Shown in pieces: positions 61,301-64,000 of a DNA stretch of 64,000 nucleotides. Origin of the DNA: Candidatus Shapirobacteria bacterium (GTDB taxonomy: Bacteria > Patescibacteriota > Microgenomatia > UBA12405). The notes under the pieces were generated by a model. The model had not been told where the DNA came from, did not search any database, and saw nothing but the letters and a program-made list of their open reading frames with translations. How positions within the stretch are numbered: the stretch's first letter is position 1; every line of letters begins with the position of its first letter. The position numbers and the translations under genes are program-made. The DNA lies in NCBI GenBank assembly GCA_041659325.1, contig JBAZYN010000001.1, positions 366,819-430,818 of the forward strand. The letters run 5' to 3'.

Positions 61301-62134
61301 TTATTTTATTTGATTTAGCTTTCCAATATCTTTTTGTTGTACCATTAAAGTCTCGTCCATGGGCTTAAGAATAATTTTATTCAAAATAATGTTATTTTTT
61401 ATATCGACGTTTACAAGTAATAAATCTCCATTATATTTTCCAGCTATTATATAGCTTTCGTCATTTATAGTACTAATTGGAAATTTTGTTTGTGACTGGA
61501 TATCAGAGTAACCAATTCCATATGAGAGTAAAGTCCATATAATAATAAAAGCGGGATAGAAAACATAGTTAATTCTCAGGAACTTAGTAATAAAAGAAAT
61601 ATCAACATTTATATCTTTTTTCTTTTCTTTATTTGCTAGGTTCGCTTTAAAAATTTTTTCCGAGTACAAATTATATTTTGATAGGTAACTTTTTTCATTT
61701 GGATATTGAAAAAGTGGAATTACAAAAATATATATTATTAAAAGTAAAAAAATGAATAATATCAATGCCGATTTAAGTACGGGTAGGAGAATAGAAATAG
61801 ATAAAATTAGATAGGTAAAAATTATAAATACGGCCAAGACTGCAACAAATGCAAATATTAGATTTTTTTTAGTTAAAGGCTTAAATTCTTCGTCTTCTTT
61901 TTTATTTGGAGACTTTGTTGAGAGAAAAAATGAAAACATTAAGACAGCTAATACAAATAGCACCAACAAGGATGACAGAATTGCTGTTTCTGTGTTAACT
62001 TCTACGAAAATTACTGGTAAATTAAGAAAAGTATATTTACCCGTGAGATAGCAAAAAGCAGCAATATATCCAACTACAGGAATACTGATTATGGACAAAG
62101 TCTGACTTGAGTTCAAATCTGGAATAATTTTCAT
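61301..62134 (-). CDS. Polytopic membrane protein with a C-terminal soluble domain, unknown function
   Basis: About 6 TM helices. Starts ATGAAAAT inside repeat copy B. Confidence 0.5.
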   Translation of the reverse strand: MKIIPDLNSSQTLSIISIPVVGYIAAFCYLTGKYTFLNLPVIFVEVNTETAILSSLLVLFVLAVLMFSFFLSTKSPNKKEDEEFKPLTKKNLIFAFVAVLAVFIIFTYLILSISILLPVLKSALILFIFLLLIIYIFVIPLFQYPNEKSYLSKYNLYSEKIFKANLANKEKKKDINVDISFITKFLRINYVFYPAFIIIWTLLSYGIGYSDIQSQTKFPISTINDESYIIAGKYNGDLLLVNVDIKNNIILNKIILKPMDETLMVQQKDIGKLNQIK

Positions 62135-62226
62135 TTTTCTTGTTGATAGTATACCGAAAAATTCAAACTGTATTCATAAAACTATAACACCCACCCTGCC
62201 CGCTTACTCGCCGGGGAGGGCCTCTA
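62128..62226. repeat. Copy B of the duplicated 5' leader/promoter element
   Basis: See copy A. Confidence 0.7.
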
Positions 62227-62245
62227 AAGCCGGTAAGATACTAAT

Positions 62246-62920
62246 TTATACAGGAATATTGGCTATCATTTTGTCGATATATCCAATTGCTTGAACGGGC
62301 GTATCGACGAAATAAATCATATCATCTAGTACCTGTCGGATGAACCCCTCTTGTTTCATTCTCTTGAATTGATTTTTTAGACCATCGTAAAAGCCATCTG
62401 TATTTAAGACCACAATTGGTTTGTTATGCTGCTTTTGTTTTTTCAGCTCTAGTAGTTCAGTTACTTCATCTATTGATCCGATTCCACCGACCAGAAGCAC
62501 AAACGCATCACTTTTTTCAGCCATTAGAACTTTTCTTTCGGGCAGAGTTTTGGTTATATATACTTCACTTAAATCCGTGCTAACAGCATCTTTAATTATT
62601 TCAGTAGCTATCCCGATTAGCCTACCTTTTGATTCTCATACTGATGAGGCAAGAAATTTCATTAAACCGATGTCTGAACCACCATAGATAAGGCCGTACC
62701 CATGACTAACAACTACTTTTGCCAAATCTTGAGCATCCTTAATATATTTTTCTTCAACGTCATTTACGGAACAAAAAACACAGATATTTTTCCCCACGGG
62801 TAGATTATAGCGTAAAAACTTTTCTAATACCCATAAACAACATCTCCCTCTTTGGCCCCGGCAACCGAAATCTTCTTCCACTTGTCCGGGGTATAGTTTC
62901 TTAGACCAATCAGTAAACAA
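62246..62920 (-). pseudogene. LOG-family (cytokinin-riboside-5'-phosphate phosphoribohydrolase / TIGR00730-like, SLOG superfamily) gene interrupted by one in-frame TGA
   Basis: The N-terminal ORF has ICVFCSV...GLIYGGSDIGLMK. The C-terminal ORF has PERKVLMAEKSDAFVLLVGGIGSIDE. Hand translation shows both are in the same frame, separated by a TGA (..LASSV*ESKGRLIGIATE..). Confidence 0.6.
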
Positions 62921-63021
62921 TCTTTTTTGAAAATAAAGGCAACCGGAACATCTTTGTCATTGCCGACTTTCTTAAGAATATGGCTAGTATCCATATATAA
63001 TATTCATCTAAATATAAAGTG

Positions 63022-63093
63022 TTGCGGGACTAGGGCTCGAACCTAGAATATCCACTTCCAAAGAGTGGTGTCCTACCATTAGACGATCCCGCA
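63022..63093 (-). tRNA. tRNA-Gln (anticodon TTG) with a U1-A72 pair
   Basis: Reverse complement folds as TGCGGGA..loop CTTTGGA..CTAGG-TTCGAGC-CCTAG..TCCCGCA. Confidence 0.75.
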
Positions 63094-63810
63094 TTGTTTA
63101 TTAAAACCTTTAACCCATCCGGCAATTCTCCTATTTAAATCAGTGCTTCTTCTTACTCGCACACTTATTTGACCATGATAGTTCTGATCTACATTTTTTC
63201 TCATGGTCATGATTTTATTTTTCTTAAAATAAATCTTATCAAACTTACTTTTAGGATAACCCAATTCATTAGACCAATATTCTACAAATACATTCTTTGT
63301 TTCTTTAAATTTTTCATGGACATAAAGCTCCAAAACGATATCATCGTCAATAATCTTCAAATACTCTTTTAACCAAAAAATAAAAAACGACAACATCCTG
63401 GAATCAGAATTGCTAAATTTTATACCAACGGAAACATTAGTCTCTTTTTGTTTTTCACCTTCTGCCCAATACAACATTATTCCTGCCAACCACAAATCGC
63501 GATTACTTAGTTGACCAATATCACTAAATGTACTTTTATCAATAGCTTCAATTTTTTGCAACCTTTGTTTTCTCTTTTTCGCACCACCCCTCTGTATCGC
63601 TGACAGTTTACGTTCAGTTAAAGCTTGTTTTTGTTTTTTTGACAAGCCAACCGATCTTAGCCACTGAGACAAAGTAGATTTTGCCACTGGGACTTTTTTC
63701 AAAATCTGGGAATAAGATAAGCCATCTTTTCTCAAAGAAACCGACAAATTTTTAAGGTTCTTTTTTGCCATTAATAAAACCATTATAAATGTTTGTAGTA
63801 CATAGTACAA
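63079..63810 (-). CDS. HTH-domain protein with a LAGLIDADG-like (LAGIMLYWAEGEK) motif; possible homing-endonuclease-like or mobile-element-derived
   Basis: N-terminal HTH LSYSQILKKVPVAKSTLSQWLRSVG. Its last codons overlap the tRNA-Gln 5' end. Sits between two tRNAs. Confidence 0.4.
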   Translation of the reverse strand: MYYVLQTFIMVLLMAKKNLKNLSVSLRKDGLSYSQILKKVPVAKSTLSQWLRSVGLSKKQKQALTERKLSAIQRGGAKKRKQRLQKIEAIDKSTFSDIGQLSNRDLWLAGIMLYWAEGEKQKETNVSVGIKFSNSDSRMLSFFIFWLKEYLKIIDDDIVLELYVHEKFKETKNVFVEYWSNELGYPKSKFDKIYFKKNKIMTMRKNVDQNYHGQISVRVRRSTDLNRRIAGWVKGFNKQCGIV

Positions 63811-63830
63811 TGGTTCGCTTATACCAAAAG

Positions 63831-63912
63831 TGCCGATGAGAGGACTCGAACCTCCACACCTTGCGGCATACGCACCTCAAGCGTACGTGTATACCAATTT
63901 CACCACATCGGC
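63831..63912 (-). tRNA. tRNA-Leu (anticodon GAG), long variable arm
   Basis: Reverse complement folds as GCCGATG..loop TTGAGGT..13-nt variable arm..GGAGG-TTCGAGT-CCTCT..CATCGGC-A. Confidence 0.8.
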
Positions 63913-63924
63913 ATTAATTTATTT

Positions 63925-64000
63925 CAATGTGCCCCCTGCCTGCCGGCAGGCAGGAATTTCACTTACCCTGCCGTAGCATTGGCAAAGGCGGGCCACATCG
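63925..64000. repeat. GC-rich palindromic repeat (perfect 20-mer CCTGCCTGCCGGCAGGCAGG plus CCCTGCCGTAGCATTGGCAAAGGCGGG), truncated by the window end
   Basis: Same family as the element at 55089..55250. Confidence 0.6.

Noticed and set aside
62246-62920. Possibility that the in-frame TGA in the LOG gene signals genetic code 25 (UGA=Gly), as in some CPR
   Set aside because: TGA clearly works as a stop elsewhere in the window (ATGA overlaps at recO/GT39 and ftsZ/rodA, with normal gene lengths). Standard code is therefore in use, and a pseudogene or sequencing error is more likely.

Overview
This is an AT-rich, gene-dense bacterial chromosome segment with small overlapping genes, short intergenic spacers and no obvious Shine-Dalgarno sequences. 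The gene content and style resemble a reduced-genome Patescibacteria/CPR-like organism. The standard genetic code applies, since TGA is used as a stop in ATGA overlaps at recO/GT39 and ftsZ/rodA. I found no rRNA, CRISPR array or recognisable transposase.

From about 2.9 to 22 kb the window carries a cell-wall/division (dcw) cluster in this order: glyQS, a lipoprotein, rsmH, ftsL-like, ftsI, murE, a Bpt/ATE_C-like aa-tRNA transferase homolog, murC, murA, mraY, an NlpC/P60 peptidase, a LysW-like zinc-ribbon protein on the opposite strand, a ThrC-like PLP enzyme, an ATP-grasp ligase, ftsW, murG, a small membrane protein, ftsA, ftsZ and rodA. The ORFs between murE and murC and between mraY and ftsW are not part of the canonical cluster. 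mraZ, murD, murF, murB and ddl are not present in the window.

Downstream of that lie rplU, rpmA, parB, lepB, an L,D-transpeptidase, a large secreted lipase-like protein, a surface-glycan gene set (GT1, GT2, an O-antigen-ligase-like protein, GT2 plus a radical-SAM/SPASM enzyme), ndk, a PolX core, lemA and htpX. These are followed by dnaE, rplS, lgt, trpS, ppsA, a lexA operon, a secreted transglutaminase-like protein, secG and others.

I can fold ten tRNAs by hand: Val, Thr, Gly, Asp, Lys, Glu, Gln, Leu and others as listed. The last roughly 9 kb (55 to 64 kb) looks like a variable island. It holds a family of GC-rich palindromic repeats built on CCTGCCTGCCGGCAGGCAGG, a roughly 100-nt 5' leader duplicated in front of two unrelated genes, and two SLOG-superfamily genes (an NDT-like gene and a LOG gene broken by an in-frame TGA). 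It also carries two Nudix genes, an SNase-like nuclease, a Tat-signal protein of higher GC, a cytoplasmic transglutaminase/papain-like protein next to a multi-TM protein, and an HTH/LAGLIDADG-like protein wedged between tRNA-Gln and tRNA-Leu.
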